Assembly: GCF_006345805.1 (NCBI RefSeq)
Contig: NC_043000.1
Coordinates: forward strand, 81,096,001-81,160,000
Source: Octopus sinensis
Lineage: Eukaryota
Direction of reading: 5' to 3'
Length of the DNA: 64,000 nt
The position numbers and the translations under genes were made by a program. The notes under the pieces were generated by a model. The model searched no databases and had not been told where the DNA came from. It was given only the letters and a program-made list of their open reading frames with translations. Position 1 is the stretch's first letter; every line of letters begins with the position of its first letter. Positions 35,493 to 48,315 of this stretch are shown here, one piece after another.

Positions 35493-36699
35493 ATTACAGC
35501 TTCTTATGTTCCTGGCACAAGAGATGCATAATTTTGTCTATTAACTGTTTGTCTGATTTTTGAAGAATCGTGAATCTCAGTTCTTCATCCTCTGCATTTT
35601 CTTTGTTATTTCCTTGAGGAGAAGTTTCATTGTCATTTAAACGAAACTGTTCTTCCCCCACCTGCTTCCATCATTTTGTGTTATGTCAGGTTTCTTTTGT
35701 AAATTTTTTCTCTCTGTATTTTCTTCTGCTTCACACAATGAGAGTGTGGTTCTATAGGTTGGTAATGTTAGGAGTTGAGGTATTTCTTCATCTGTTTGTG
35801 ATATTGAGCCTGAAGATATTTGGAGTTTGTTGATCTTTTTGCTGCTACTGTTGCTCTTCATTATTTTCTTTTTTTTTTTTTGTGTGTTTGTTTATTCCTT
35901 CCAGTTCTTCAAGGGATTCAGCTCCAAGGTATGTTTTGTTCCAGCAAATATAATGACTGGGCTTTCTACTCTGTATCATCAATCTTATGCCCTTTGTCTC
36001 ATTACTTTCTTTTGGCCACAGTCTCAATTTGGCTCTGACCCTCTGGGGTTATTATGACTTGCTTATCCAATTTAACATCTCCTGACCACAGGCCACCTTT
36101 TTTCAAAGCCTCCTTTGACCATTCTACCTTACCGTAATACAAAAGTCACTACTAGCTGTGGGTCTATGTTCTATCCAATGCCCTGATCATATACAAGAAC
36201 ACAAATGTATTGTACAAGAGCCTGTACTTTGGCAGTGTTTTCAGTTTTAAAGATACAGAAAATAGTTCTTATTCTTTCAATTCTTCAAAGTGTAATAGTT
36301 ATATAACTGCTTCCTGTCACTTTACAGTTTTTTTGCATTTTTATTGAACTTTACAAAGTCTTTTGAGCTGCAGGAGGTGGGTAGTAGAAAGCACACAAGG
36401 CTGCGCTCTATAATATGGTCTGTTTCTGTACATTCACAGGTTGTTGGGCCAGTTTTGTGGCCACATTAGACCAAAGCAGCTTTTAAACATACCAGTCTCA
36501 TTCTTAGGATCTTGAGTCTCTTCCACTGTATCCATGGTGCTTCTGAAAATAGTACCATAGCATTTTCCTTCATCAATTGAAATAATTTCTCTCTATATGT
36601 TCTGAAGAGCCTGTTATATGACTTGACATGAGGAAAAATTTATCCTAGTTCTCTCTTTCCATAATTTTTCTCTCCAACCTCTCCCAGATTATCTTCTTA

Positions 36700-36930
36700 T
36701 TTCTTTATTGCCCACAAGGGGCTAAACATAGAGCGGACAAACAAGGACAGACAAAGGATTAAGTCAATTACATCAACCCCAGTGCGTAACTGGTACTTAA
36801 TTTATCGACCCCAAAAGGATGAAAGGCAAAGTCGACCTCAGCAGAATTTGAACTCAAAACGTAATGGCAGACAAAATACCAACAAGCATTTTGCCCAGCG
36901 TGCTAATGTTTCTGCCAGCTCACTGCCTTT
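36700..36930 (-). mobile_element. Meta/MESC-type SINE
   Basis: ATCGACCCCAAAAGGATGAAAGGCAAAGTCGACCTCAGCAGAATTTGAACTC. Confidence 0.75.
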
Positions 36931-37021
36931 TATCTTTTATCTCCTAGATTTTTATCTTTTATCTCCCATAGTATTTGGAATTAACTAAGAATTGTTGCTG
37001 CAGCTACTGCTGCTGCTGCTG

Positions 37022-37052
<31 letters not shown>

Positions 37053-38049
37053 CACTACCACTGCTGCTGCTACTACTACTACTACAACTATTACTGCTAC
37101 TGCTGCTATTGCTATTGCTGTGTTCACTGAAGCGTTCATTCTCTTCTTTCTCTCATACTTCTAACTATGTACTTTGATTTAGTGTTTTAGCCCCTGTAGT
37201 GTATGGTTGCCTGGTTTAACTATGTGTGGTGACCATTTATGGTGTCAAAATGTAATGTGGGTAAATAAAATTTTGAAAGTTGTGAAACAAACCTCTTTTT
37301 CTGATATTTGGCCCCCAGTTACTGAGTGTTGCCTCTCCTTAGGCAATTATAACCCTTTATGCAATTACTCCAAAGAAAATTTCATTAGGTAACACTTGAA
37401 TGGATTATGTTTCAATGAGACAAGCAAAATGATGTCCTCTCTCCATGAAAGTCAAATATAAAAAGAATGATAATGATGGTGGTGGTAGTGATGATGGCAA
37501 TGATGCTAATGATGATGATGGTCAATGATAATGATGAATACAATGGCGGAGGCGGTGGTGAGAATAATGGGGTGGGGGGATGGTGATGACAATGAGATGG
37601 TGCAGGAGAAGGGGGAGAAAAAGGGCAGAGAAAGACAAGAAGGGACAGGTGGATGAGCTGATCTTTTTTGGCTGGACAGAAAGCCACCTATTTCTATGGT
37701 AAAATGTATAAGATAGAAGGGTAGACGACAGAGTTCGTATTTCTTGACATTAATTAATCTCATACATACACTTACATAATCTCATACATATACGCACAAG
37801 ATTTGGGCAAAGTAATTAAGATATATCGGAAGTTGTTTCATCTCAGAGATGTAGCAAAAGACTGCATTGATTAGCAGCATATTGTGTGGGAGAAGACCTT
37901 GTTCAGGCTTGACAAAATGAACATTGAAATTGAATGTGTGTGTGGTGGTGGGGGGACATATTATTAGCTATACATATAAATGTACATTTGTATGTGTGTT
38001 AGGGTGTGTCTATAGCTATCTATCTATGTAAATGTTTATATATTTAAAT

Positions 38050-39140
38050 ATACAGACTCTGCCAAAAATTGTATTTACACTTAGGAAAGGAAAAATTTGT
38101 ATAAATATTTTAATACTAAATTTATTCAGACATCACAAGATTAAAACTAGTTACCTTTGGACTCTTCAATTACAAGAGGTGCTCAAAGTGGTGGCCATTA
38201 TCTTCCAGAAATTTATGTGTATGGTATACTGCTTGGGCAACGTTGGCCAAAGTGTCCAATAAGATTGCTGTACATGCATTTTCAATTTGTTGTCTTAGTT
38301 CTGCCAATGTAGTCAGTTTTCTGTGATACATGACATCCCTTAGGGTCCCCCATAGATAAAAGTCTACAGGTGTTAAAATCAGGGGAGAACGTGATAGGAA
38401 CTCAACTACACCTCTGCATCCTATCCAGTGTCCTTGCAAATTCTCATTGAGATAAGCTCACATATCTTGGTGGTGATGTGGCAGTGCACCATCTTGTTGA
38501 AAGAAAAATTCATCATTTCAATAAAGTGCATGTACAGCAGATAAAATGGATGTGCATAGCATGTCTATGTATACTTGATCTGTGACAGTACCTTCAAAGA
38601 AAAATAGTCCTATTAAACCTCTTAATGACATTCCACATTAGGCATTGACTCCTGGTCAATTGACTGTTTTGTCTACATGCATGTGAGGATTTTCTGATGA
38701 CCAATAAACACAATTATGTCAGATTACTATTCCATTTAGCTTAAACTGTGCTTCATCAGACCACACAGTCTTTCTCCCCAGCTCTTCATCGTTGCCTATC
38801 ATGTGTTTAAACCACTCACAAAACTAGACTCTTCAATCCAGATCATCTTCCTTAATCATAATTATCTTGAGATGTAAATTTTCTACTTAACTCTCATAAG
38901 AACGTACCATATGCTTGTACTGCTTACTCTTGTTTCACATGCACATTAGGTTGACTTTGCTGTGTGAAGTCTGCCAGGTTTTCCTTTATGCACATCACAC
39001 ATGGTATCATGTGCTTTGAACTTGTGAATCCATGAAATTTGGGAAATGTTTTGGAGGTTGTTGTCTTTGAAGCTCCAACAACATTCAACAAATTAGAAAT
39101 GCCCCTTTAAAATAATTTTATGTTCCTCAAATGATAACTG
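38050..39140 (-). mobile_element. Tc1/mariner-superfamily relic, DD41D (rosa)-like
   Basis: FQQDGALPH...HWIGCRG...SRSPLILTPVDFYLWG...GHHFEHLL*. D-to-D spacing is 42 here, or 41 without an apparent 3-nt insertion. Termini not resolved. Confidence 0.75.
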
Positions 39141-39373
39141 TACATGCTCCACATTGTAGACATCACTTGTTGATGCTACAGCCATGAGGGTAATGCCATC
39201 TGTTGAAAAAATATCGTACTATAGTAAACAATGTTATTGCAGTTTGATAAAACATCAAAAGAGGTATTTATATTTATAAAGGTACTTATACAAGTTAAAT
39301 ATTTATACAAATTTTCCATTTCCTGAACTACGTATAGTTTGTTGATGGACTCTCTCTCTCTCTTTATATATAC

Positions 39374-39435
<62 letters not shown>

Positions 39436-39438
<3 letters not shown>

Positions 39439-40977
39439 TCATCATCATCATCATCATCGTTTAACGTCCGTTCTCCATGCTAGCATGGTTGGACGGTTCG
39501 ACCGGGGATCTGGGAAGCCAGAAGGCTGCACCAGGCTCCAGTCTAATCTGGCAATGTTTCTACAGCTGGATGCCCTTCCTAACGCCAACCACTCCGTGAG
39601 TGTAGTGGGTGCTTTTTACGTGCCACCTGCACAGGTGCCAGGCGAGGCTGGCAATGGCCATGGTCGGATTGGTGTATTTTATGTGCCACCGGCATGGAAG
39701 CCAGTCGAGGCGGTGCTGGCATCGGCCACGAGTCGGATAGTGCTTTTTACGTACACCAGACCAGGGATCCTGGCTGGTTCAATTCGATTTCGCTTGCCCC
39801 AACATGTCTTCACAAGCAAAGGGGGTTGGCATGGGTGCTGTCGTACGTCGGATTGGAGTATTTTACGTGTCACCGGCACGGAAGCCAGTCGAAGCGGCGC
39901 TGGCATCGGCCACGAGTCGGATAGTGCTTTTTACGTACCACCAGACCAGGGATCCTGGCTGGTTCAATTCGGTTTCGATTTCACTTGCCCCAACATGTCT
40001 TCGCAAGCAGAGGGGGTGGCATGGGTGCCTGTCGTCAGATGAGGTTCTATATCGACTTCGCTTGCCTCAACAGGTCTTTGTGTCCAAGGGAGGAAAGGCA
40101 TTCATAAGTGGGCTGGGCTCACTTGTCCTGCCTGGTCTTCTCACGTACAGAATATTTCCAAAGGTCTCGGTCGCTGGTCATTTCCTCAGTGAGGCCTAAA
40201 GTTCGAAGGTCGTGCTTCACCACTCGTCCCAGGTTTTCCTGGGTCTACCTCTTCCACGGGTTCCCTCAACTGCTAGGGATTGGCACTTTCTCACACACCT
40301 ATCTTCATCCATTCTCGCCACATGACCATACCAGCGCAATCATCTCTCTTGCACACCACAACTGATGCTTCTTAGGTACAACATTTCTCTCAAGGTGCTA
40401 ACGCTCTGTCGAGTATGTACACTGACATTACACATCCATCGGAGCATACTGGCTTCATTCCTCACGAGCTTACGCATGTCCTCAGCAGTCACGGCCCATG
40501 TTTCACTGCCATGTAGCATGGCTGTTCGTACACACGCATCATACAGTCTGCCTTTTACTCTGAGCGAGAGGCCTTTAGTCACCAGCAGAGGTAAGAGCTC
40601 CCTAAACTTTGCCCAGGCTATTCTTATTCTAGCAGTTACACTTTCAGCGCATCCACCCCCACTACTGACTTGGTCTGCTAGATAACGGAAGCTATCAACT
40701 ACTTCTAGTTTTTCCCCCTGGAAAGTGACGGAAGTTGTTTTCTGCAGATTTTCGGAGGTTAATGCTCCCGAGCATCTGCCACATACAAAAACTATCTTCC
40801 CAGTTAGCCTACCTTTGACATTGCTGCACCTCTTATGTGTCCATAGCTTACACTGGGTATATCTTATAGAGTTTCTACCTACACCTTTTCTACAGATCGA
40901 GCAGGGCCATCTTCCTGAAGACATTTGTGGATTGTCTACCTTCCTACTTATTAGTACTTTGGTTTTAGCTAGGTTGA
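39436..40977 (-). mobile_element. 5'-truncated RTE LINE, copy 1
   Basis: RT C-terminus with PHD-like finger (WPCSICRKGVG...HKRC...CGRC), 3'UTR repeats and (TA)n on both sides. Confidence 0.9.
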
Positions 40978-41203
40978 CTCTATATATATATATATATGTG
41001 ATTTGTTGGCAAAACAATAGGGTAACACAAATTCTACATCCTGGCATTCTTTCTGAAAACAATATTTGATTTTTTTTATTCAGAGTATTTTTTAATCAGA
41101 GTATTCATCAATAGAAAACATGCCTGAAACAGTTGTAGTGAACCTTAGCCCATTTGTGTTCTCTCTCTCTCTCTGTCTCTCAGTCTCTCTGTCTCTCTGT
41201 CTC

Positions 41204-41283
<80 letters not shown>

Positions 41284-41300
41284 CCCTACATATAAATATA

Positions 41301-41340
<40 letters not shown>

Positions 41341-41342
<2 letters not shown>

Positions 41343-42885
41343 TCATCATCATCATCATCGTTTAACGTCCGTTCTCCATGCTAGCATGGGTTGGACGGTT
41401 CGACCGGGGATCTGGGAAGCCAGAAGGCTGCACCAGGCTCCAGTCTAATCTGGCAATGTTTCTACAGCTGGATGCCCTTCCTAACGCCAACCACTCCGTG
41501 AGTGTAGTGGGTGCTTTTTACGTGCCACCTGCACAGGTGCCAGGCGAGGCTGGCAATGGCCATGGTCGGATTGGTGTATTTTATGTGCCACCGGCATGGA
41601 AGCCAGTCGAGGCGGTGCTGGCATCGGCCACGAGTCGGATAGTGCTTTTTACGTACCACCAGACCAGGGATCCTGGCTGGTTCAATTCGATTTCGCTTGC
41701 CCCAACATGTCTTCACAAGCAAAGGGGGTTGGCATGGGTGCCTGTCGTACGGTCGGATTGGAGTATTTTACGTGTCACCGGCACGGAAGCCAGTCGAAGC
41801 GGCGCTGGCATCGGCCACGAGTCGGATAGTGCTTTTTACGTACCACCAGACCAGGGATCCTGGCTGGTTCAATTCGGTTTCGATTTCACTTGCCCCAACA
41901 TGTCTTCGCAAGCAGAGGGGGTTGGCATGGGTGCCTGTCGTCAGATGAGGTTCTATATCGACTTCGCTTGCCTCAACAGGTCTTTGTGTCCAAGGGAGGA
42001 AAGGCATTCATAAGTGGGCTGGGCTCACTTGTCCTGCCTGGTCTTCTCACGTACAGAATATTTCCAAAGGTCTCGGTCGCTGGTCATTTCCTCAGTGAGG
42101 CCTAAAGTTCGAAGGTCGTGCTTCACCACCTCGTCCCAGGTTTTCCTGGGTCTACCTCTTCCACGGGTTCCCTCAACTGCTAGGGATTGGCACTTTCTCA
42201 CACACCTATCTTCATCCATTCTCGCCACATGACCATACCAGCGCAATCATCTCTCTTGCACACCACAACTGATGCTTCTTAGGTACAACATTTCTCTCAA
42301 GGTGCTAACGCTCTGTCGAGTATGTACACTGACATTACACATCCATCGGAGCATACTGGCTTCATTCCTCACGAGCTTACGCATGTCCTCAGCAGTCACG
42401 GCCCATGTTTCACTGCCATGTAGCATGGCTGTTCGTACACACGCATCATACAGTCTGCCTTTTACTCTGAGCGAGAGGCCTTTAGTCACCAGCAGAGGTA
42501 AGAGCTCCCTAAACTTTGCCCAGGCTATTCTTATTCTAGCAGTTACACTTTCAGCGCATCCACCCCCACTACTGACTTGGTCTGCTAGATAACGGAAGCT
42601 ATCAACTACTTCTAGTTTTTCCCCCTGGAAAGTGACGGAAGTTGTTTTCTGCAGATTTTCGGAGGTTAATGCTCCCGAGCATCTGCCACATACAAAAACT
42701 ATCTTCCCAGTTAGCCTACCTTTGACATTGCTGCACCTCTTATGTGTCCATAGCTTACACTGGGTATATCTTATAGAGTTTCTACCTACACCTTTTCTAC
42801 AGATCGAGCAGGGCCATCTTCCTGAAGACATTTGTGGATTGTCTACCTTCCTACTTATTAGTACTTTGGTTTTAGCTAGGTTGAC
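41341..42885 (-). mobile_element. 5'-truncated RTE LINE, copy 2
   Basis: As copy 1. Confidence 0.9.
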
Positions 42886-43112
42886 TCTATATATATATAT
42901 ATATGTGATTTGTTGGCAAAACAATAGGGTAACACAAATTCTACATCCTGGCATTCTTTCTGAAAACAATATTTGATTTTTTTTATTCAGAGTATTTTTT
43001 AATCAGAGTATTCATCAATAGAAAACATGCCTGAAACAGTTGTAGTGAACCTTAGCCCATTTGTGTTCTCTCTCTCTCTCTCTGTCTCTCAGTCTCTCTG
43101 TCTCTCTGTCTC

Positions 43113-43197
<85 letters not shown>

Positions 43198-43200
43198 CCC

Positions 43201-43252
<52 letters not shown>

Positions 43253-43261
43253 GCACACACA

Positions 43262-43680
43262 CACGCACTGTCAAATCTGCATCCTCGGTTTCTGTGATAG
43301 CTACTCACCTCCAGATATCCCAATCACCCATCCCTACCACTTGCCTTTCTATCATACATCTGGCACACATCTTTTTTATCAAACATAGCTTTATCAATAA
43401 TAAATCTCTGAACGAGATGTAAACAGTAACTGCTCGACAACGTAAAGTATACTAGCCATCTCAATATGGCTAACCACTAAGGGTGGGTGTTACTGTTTCT
43501 TTTAGCCCCAGGAGATCATCGTCTCCAGCTGGCTTTAGGCACACTTTCTGTGCGCTTATGGTATTTGCAAAGAGAGGTCATCCCTCTCACCCACCCTTAG
43601 TGGTTAGCCATATTGAGATGGCTAGTATACTTTACATAGCTTTATCACTTATCCATCAATCATTCATATAATTGCCACCC
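43262..43680. mobile_element. pLTR-like repeat containing a perfect 47-bp inverted repeat (43443-43489 / 43588-43634)
   Basis: TAAAGTATACTAGCCATCTCAATATGGCTAACCACTAAGGGTGGGTG and its exact reverse complement, 98 bp apart; shares blocks with 26968-27234. Confidence 0.75.
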
Positions 43681-44764
43681 ATATCTCTATCACCCAATAC
43701 CTTTATTGCCTGTACCTCTAACACTTATGACTCTATTCCTCATACCTCAATGCTGGTAAAGCTAAAGATAGATGTGGATATCCTGTTTGTTGTGTAGTAA
43801 CTAAGGATGCTACTGAACCTATCTGACCCTTTCGTTAACAGTCCAACTCTTTTATCATTCTAATCTTCCTTGCTCTCTTGTCCTTCTCAAACTATGTGCT
43901 TAAGTATATATGTCTTACATGCTTCCTACCTCTTTGCTGGCCATTTAGTAGTATCTATTATTCATCCTTACTATTTATCTGCCTCCTTATTATCACTAGA
44001 GTAGGTATCACAATACACTCTATAAAGTCCCTTTTTTTTTAGTTATCTCTATAGGTTTTCTGTAGAAATTAGAGCCAGCACTAAATGTTATGATATTTCA
44101 TCTAGGAATATGTCTATGTAAACAATGTGATTGAAGATGGAAAAATAGGTATTGGGTATGTATGCATGTTCAGGAGTTATTGTTCCTGCTTCTGCACTAC
44201 ATCCTACCCATTAACCACCCATGAACACATTGCCTAAAATAGCCACTAAATTTAGCAGTGTAACACTATTGGATAGACCAATTTACATATTAAGCACAAT
44301 CCTGGCAACTGGTAAATACATATTAATTGCTGGTAAGGACACTGTATATCATTATGCAAATATAGTATACTCCTAAATATATTAAAGATTTATAAGGACA
44401 TAACAAAATATGGTGTCCCCGCTAGCAATTAAATCTATAAAGTGGTTGGCGTTAGGAAGATCATCCAACCAATAAACCACACCAACAGTGAAATCTACAG
44501 GTGAGATATAATCTTTCATCCCATCTAGAAGTACAATCATAGCCATCCAGCCCTTGCCAGCATGGAAAGAAAGCATAAACTGATGACATTGGTAGAATTA
44601 GTGGTGACAATGATGATGACATAAGCAATATTCTCGTGTGGATCTTGCTTCAACATTATAAAGGTGAATCAACATCTAACCAGGGTTGATTTCTTGACTG
44701 TGAAGAGTAAAGCTAGTTTTTATGATGTAGTTTGAAGTTAGAAATAATTTGTTTTGGCCATGTG

Positions 44765-44811
<47 letters not shown>

Positions 44812-44821
44812 TGTGTGTGTG

Positions 44822-44852
<31 letters not shown>

Positions 44853-44907
44853 AAGAGTCCATAAGTCAGGGAAAAATGCACTCGTATATCTGTCAGTAGA
44901 GTGTGTG

Positions 44908-45156
44908 TATTGATCAAATTGTACAGTATTATATATTCATTACAACTGATCTTACGAATCAGTTTTGCACTAGGGGTTCAACGGAGTGTTAGGTAACAGT
45001 CTGATTATGTAACTCATCAGAGGTAACTGGCTACCTCTGATGAGCAGAGGGTTACATAACTAAACTGTTAGCTAATGCTCCATTGAACCCCTCATGCAAA
45101 ACTGATTAGTAAGATCAACCATAATGGATATATAATACTGTACACTTTAATTAGTA
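44908..45156. repeat. Foldback element: ~120-bp imperfect arms, 6-nt loop
   Basis: Centre CTCATCAGAGGTA-ACTGGC-TACCTCTGATGAG; arms continue to TGTACAGTATTATATA / TATATAATACTGTACA. Confidence 0.85.
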
Positions 45157-45229
45157 TGTATGTATGTATTAGACATGCATACATACAAAGGGAAAAAACG
45201 CCACTCAATATGTACATCTAAATACAAAT

Positions 45230-46660
45230 GTAGAATTAAAACAACCTGAAAAGAGATTACCCAGGCTGTAAGCAACTTTAAATTTAATTTTAACAAAACT
45301 TTGTCAAAACTTTTAAAGAATATTATTGTCTATTTTGAAAAATAAGTTCAAATATCAGGGAACAGACAAAATAAGCAGGGCTAACCGTATAAGGCTCCTG
45401 TGAATAAACTGTGGCTACAATCACTATATACAATAGACCTATGATCTTAACAAAGATTTATATGAAGCATATATACAATCTGAGCCCTAAAAATTTGGTT
45501 TTATGCAAAGGCAAAACAAATTGTGGAACTGATCTGTATGGAAAACAAATGATGAGTTCAACAAACAAGTTGTATGATTAAAAGAATTGGAACAGGACCA
45601 CTGCCAGCATGTCCAGCTAAAGCAATATGAAATAGACAGGGAACTACTGAAAACAGTTCTATAGAAAATTTCAAACAGGAAATCCCCAGACCCAGACATC
45701 ATAACAGGTTTTTGGCTGAAGAATTTCACCATTTATCAGCAAGATCTCAAATGGTTGTATGGAGAAAGTATCAAGGGCATACAAGAACTGCCCACATGGT
45801 TATAAACTGCAACTACTTGTCATCCCCAAAAATAGCCAAACCACCCTAGCTAAAAATTACCGCCCAATATCCTGCCAGAACATCTTGTACAAGCTATACA
45901 CTGGGTGCTTCAGTCTGTTCTTGCATGATTATTGTGCTACCAACAACATTATTGCACATGGGCAAGCTAGGGGAAACAAGGTGTAGGGCTGTATACAGCA
46001 GCTAGTAATTAACAAAATGACCTGGGAAAAAACAGTCAAAAATTGAAGGAATTTAACTGTGGTGTGGCTTGACTACTAGAAGGCTCTTGATAGTATACCA
46101 CATGGATGGATCATCAAAGTTTTACAGTTAGCCAAAGCCCCACAGCCATCCTATGATTAAACTCACTATCATACCTGGTCATAATGACCAGAGAAATGGA
46201 TCCAGAAGCATCTCCCGTCATTTCTTTGTCAAAGACCTGAAACTGTACGGGTCAAATATCAACTGTTTAAAAAAGCGATTAGACCTTATAACTCAACACT
46301 GGAATGAAATTTGGTGAGTTCAAATGTACATTTTTAACAATAAAATGTTTTCTTTTTCATTTCTAAGTTTCTTCTGTAAGGATGATGGCTGTGGTCTCAA
46401 ATCTGTACTTATGTCATATGAAACGTGTATTGTGACACTGAAACATCTGCAGCAGAGGAAAGAGGCTGGTAACTATCTTGGCCAAATTTGTGATCCTGAA
46501 ATCAACATGATTGTGATGACAAATGAATTTGAGGAGAGGTATGAAATAAGAGCTGATACAGATCTCTCTCCAAAGAGCATTGGCAAAATTTACTTATCAA
46601 AAGAACAAAGTAAAAGGATGGACCAGTTTACTGAGAAGATAGTAACTGAGTACTTGACAT
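45230..46660 (+). mobile_element. R4/Dong-like (RLE-type) non-LTR RT relic, internally deleted
   Basis: KSPDPDIITGFWLK, LVIPK...NYRPISCQNILYKLYTG, WLDYxKAxDSIPHGWII and GCGLKSV...YETCIV. Confidence 0.75.
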
Positions 46661-46701
46661 GATAAACACAAACCATCAAAGGGATCGATCATGTCAAAAG
46701 C

Positions 46702-47300
46702 TTAGCAAGGAGTACAAAAGTAGATGTGATTGAGGAAGGGGACAATGCATTCTGTTAGTAAGTTGATAGCTGGGATGGAGGTGTATAGGGAAACAATATC
46801 CAGGCTAAAAGGGAAGTTACTTTTTGTAAGTATGAATGAGTTGAAATCTCTCAGTTGGTTGATTGCATCACTGGAGCTTTCAACATTTCCTGAGAAGGTT
46901 TGAAGAAGTGGATTGAGAATATTAGACAGATGCAAAAAGATTTTAAAGGAATGGTCCCCTAATACTGGTGACAGTTGGTCTAATTTTAAAACTTGGTGCT
47001 GGTTCATAGGGGGAGTATGCAGCTTCTTGTGATGAAGTTGCACTTAATCTTGTTTGAGAGTCCAGCTGATGTCCTGATGGAAAATGGCTTTCCAGTCTCT
47101 TTCACTAAATCTGGTAATGCCAGGTCATCACCAGACCACCTAACAAAAACCACACTTCTAAGAATAACATGTGGTTTCTGAAATTGCCACATTTTAGCAT
47201 ACAAACAAGTGCTGTTATCTGACATGTGATTTGTAGGGAGGGATTGAATATACAGCTAGCACACTCTGGTCCTTCCTTCAAAAGGGTCCTAACTAAAACA
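46702..47300 (-). mobile_element. Penelope-like RT relic
   Basis: LSNILNPLL...VESSSDAINQL...FSLDIVSLYTSIP (PLE SxDVxSLxTxxP motif). Confidence 0.7.
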
Positions 47301-47344
47301 GGGCAAGACAAAACAATGTCTTATGTACATTGCCTCTCTGCCTG

Positions 47345-47500
47345 ATCAGAGATGAAAATGTATGTCTGCAGCCCTACATAGTGTATAAAACCACATGTAG
47401 CAAATGTAATGAATTCTATATCAGAAGTACCATCAAACAAGTTCACAAACAGGTTAAAGAACATCTCTATCTTACTACTTATTCCATCAAAAAACACCTA
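47345..47500 (+). mobile_element. Penelope-like GIY-YIG relic, opposite orientation to the adjacent RT
   Basis: IVYKTTCSKCNEFYIRSTIKQVHKQVKEHL (VYxIxCxxCxxxYIGxT...EH motif). Confidence 0.7.
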
Positions 47501-48315
47501 AGACATCCAAATATGTGTGTGTGTGTGTGTATTATATTTATATATATATATATATATATATATTTGGGAAATTATCAGCATTTGGTAGTCCTAGCATTTG
47601 TTGAGATATGAGTTTAGTTGTTTCTTGTTTAGAGAAGGCAACATATAAGAATTATTAGTAATGTGATTTAACTATAACCCTTCCACAAATATTGGTGATT
47701 TTATCAGAATCTTACATTTCAACAGTTCCATTTTGAGATAAATCATAGTCTTATTTCTGTTTGCATCACATTTTTATTTTTACCTTCACTTACAATCCAA
47801 TGATTTTTATCAATCCATATTTCTATCAAACCTTGTTTCTAGTCTATCAATGTTTGTTACAATTTGTTTCTAGACATGTGATTGGTTGTGAGTTCACATC
47901 ATTGGTGAGGCACAACTAGGCCAAAATGTATCCAATATTCTTACTAGTTGCTGCTTAGATGATTTTTGTTTCCCTCTAATATATATTGTGCTTTTAAACA
48001 CAGCACACCTGTAAGAGATATTTTTCTGAATAAATACTGCAGTAACTCACCTTTCATTGACATATGTACATTGAATATGATACACAGATCGCTATTTAAT
48101 TTTAATACAGCTTCTATTACAGATAACAGAATTTTATTCAGGCAGATGGCTATTCACAACACAAGTCTTCTGTTTTCCTATATATCAGAGGTGACAAATT
48201 TCATCTAAGTGTATCTGTTAAGTATATGCCATTGTTATCAATGGCCTAACTAGGAAGAAACATATCTAACACTCTTCCTACCCTGCTGGGCTAATTTTGG
48301 CCTCCCTATGATATA

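Larger units (their letters stand above)
39436..43250. repeat. 1.9-kb tandem duplication of a truncated RTE plus its flanking DNA
   Basis: ORFs 40340-41062 and 42247-42969 are identical (offset 1907); flank and (CT)n/(TA)n tracts are duplicated too. Confidence 0.95.

Noticed and set aside
35560-36650. Possible LINE ORF1 (gag-like) relic on the minus strand
   Set aside because: Only vague Cys/His spacing; too degenerate to support a call.
43278-43314. Minus-strand CUGGAG-GUGA..UCAC-A-GAAACCG hammerhead-like string
   Set aside because: Core is altered at essential positions and lacks GUH; at best a relic.
43690-44380. Possible I-clade RNase H relic on the minus strand
   Set aside because: Motif matches were partial and needed several frameshifts.
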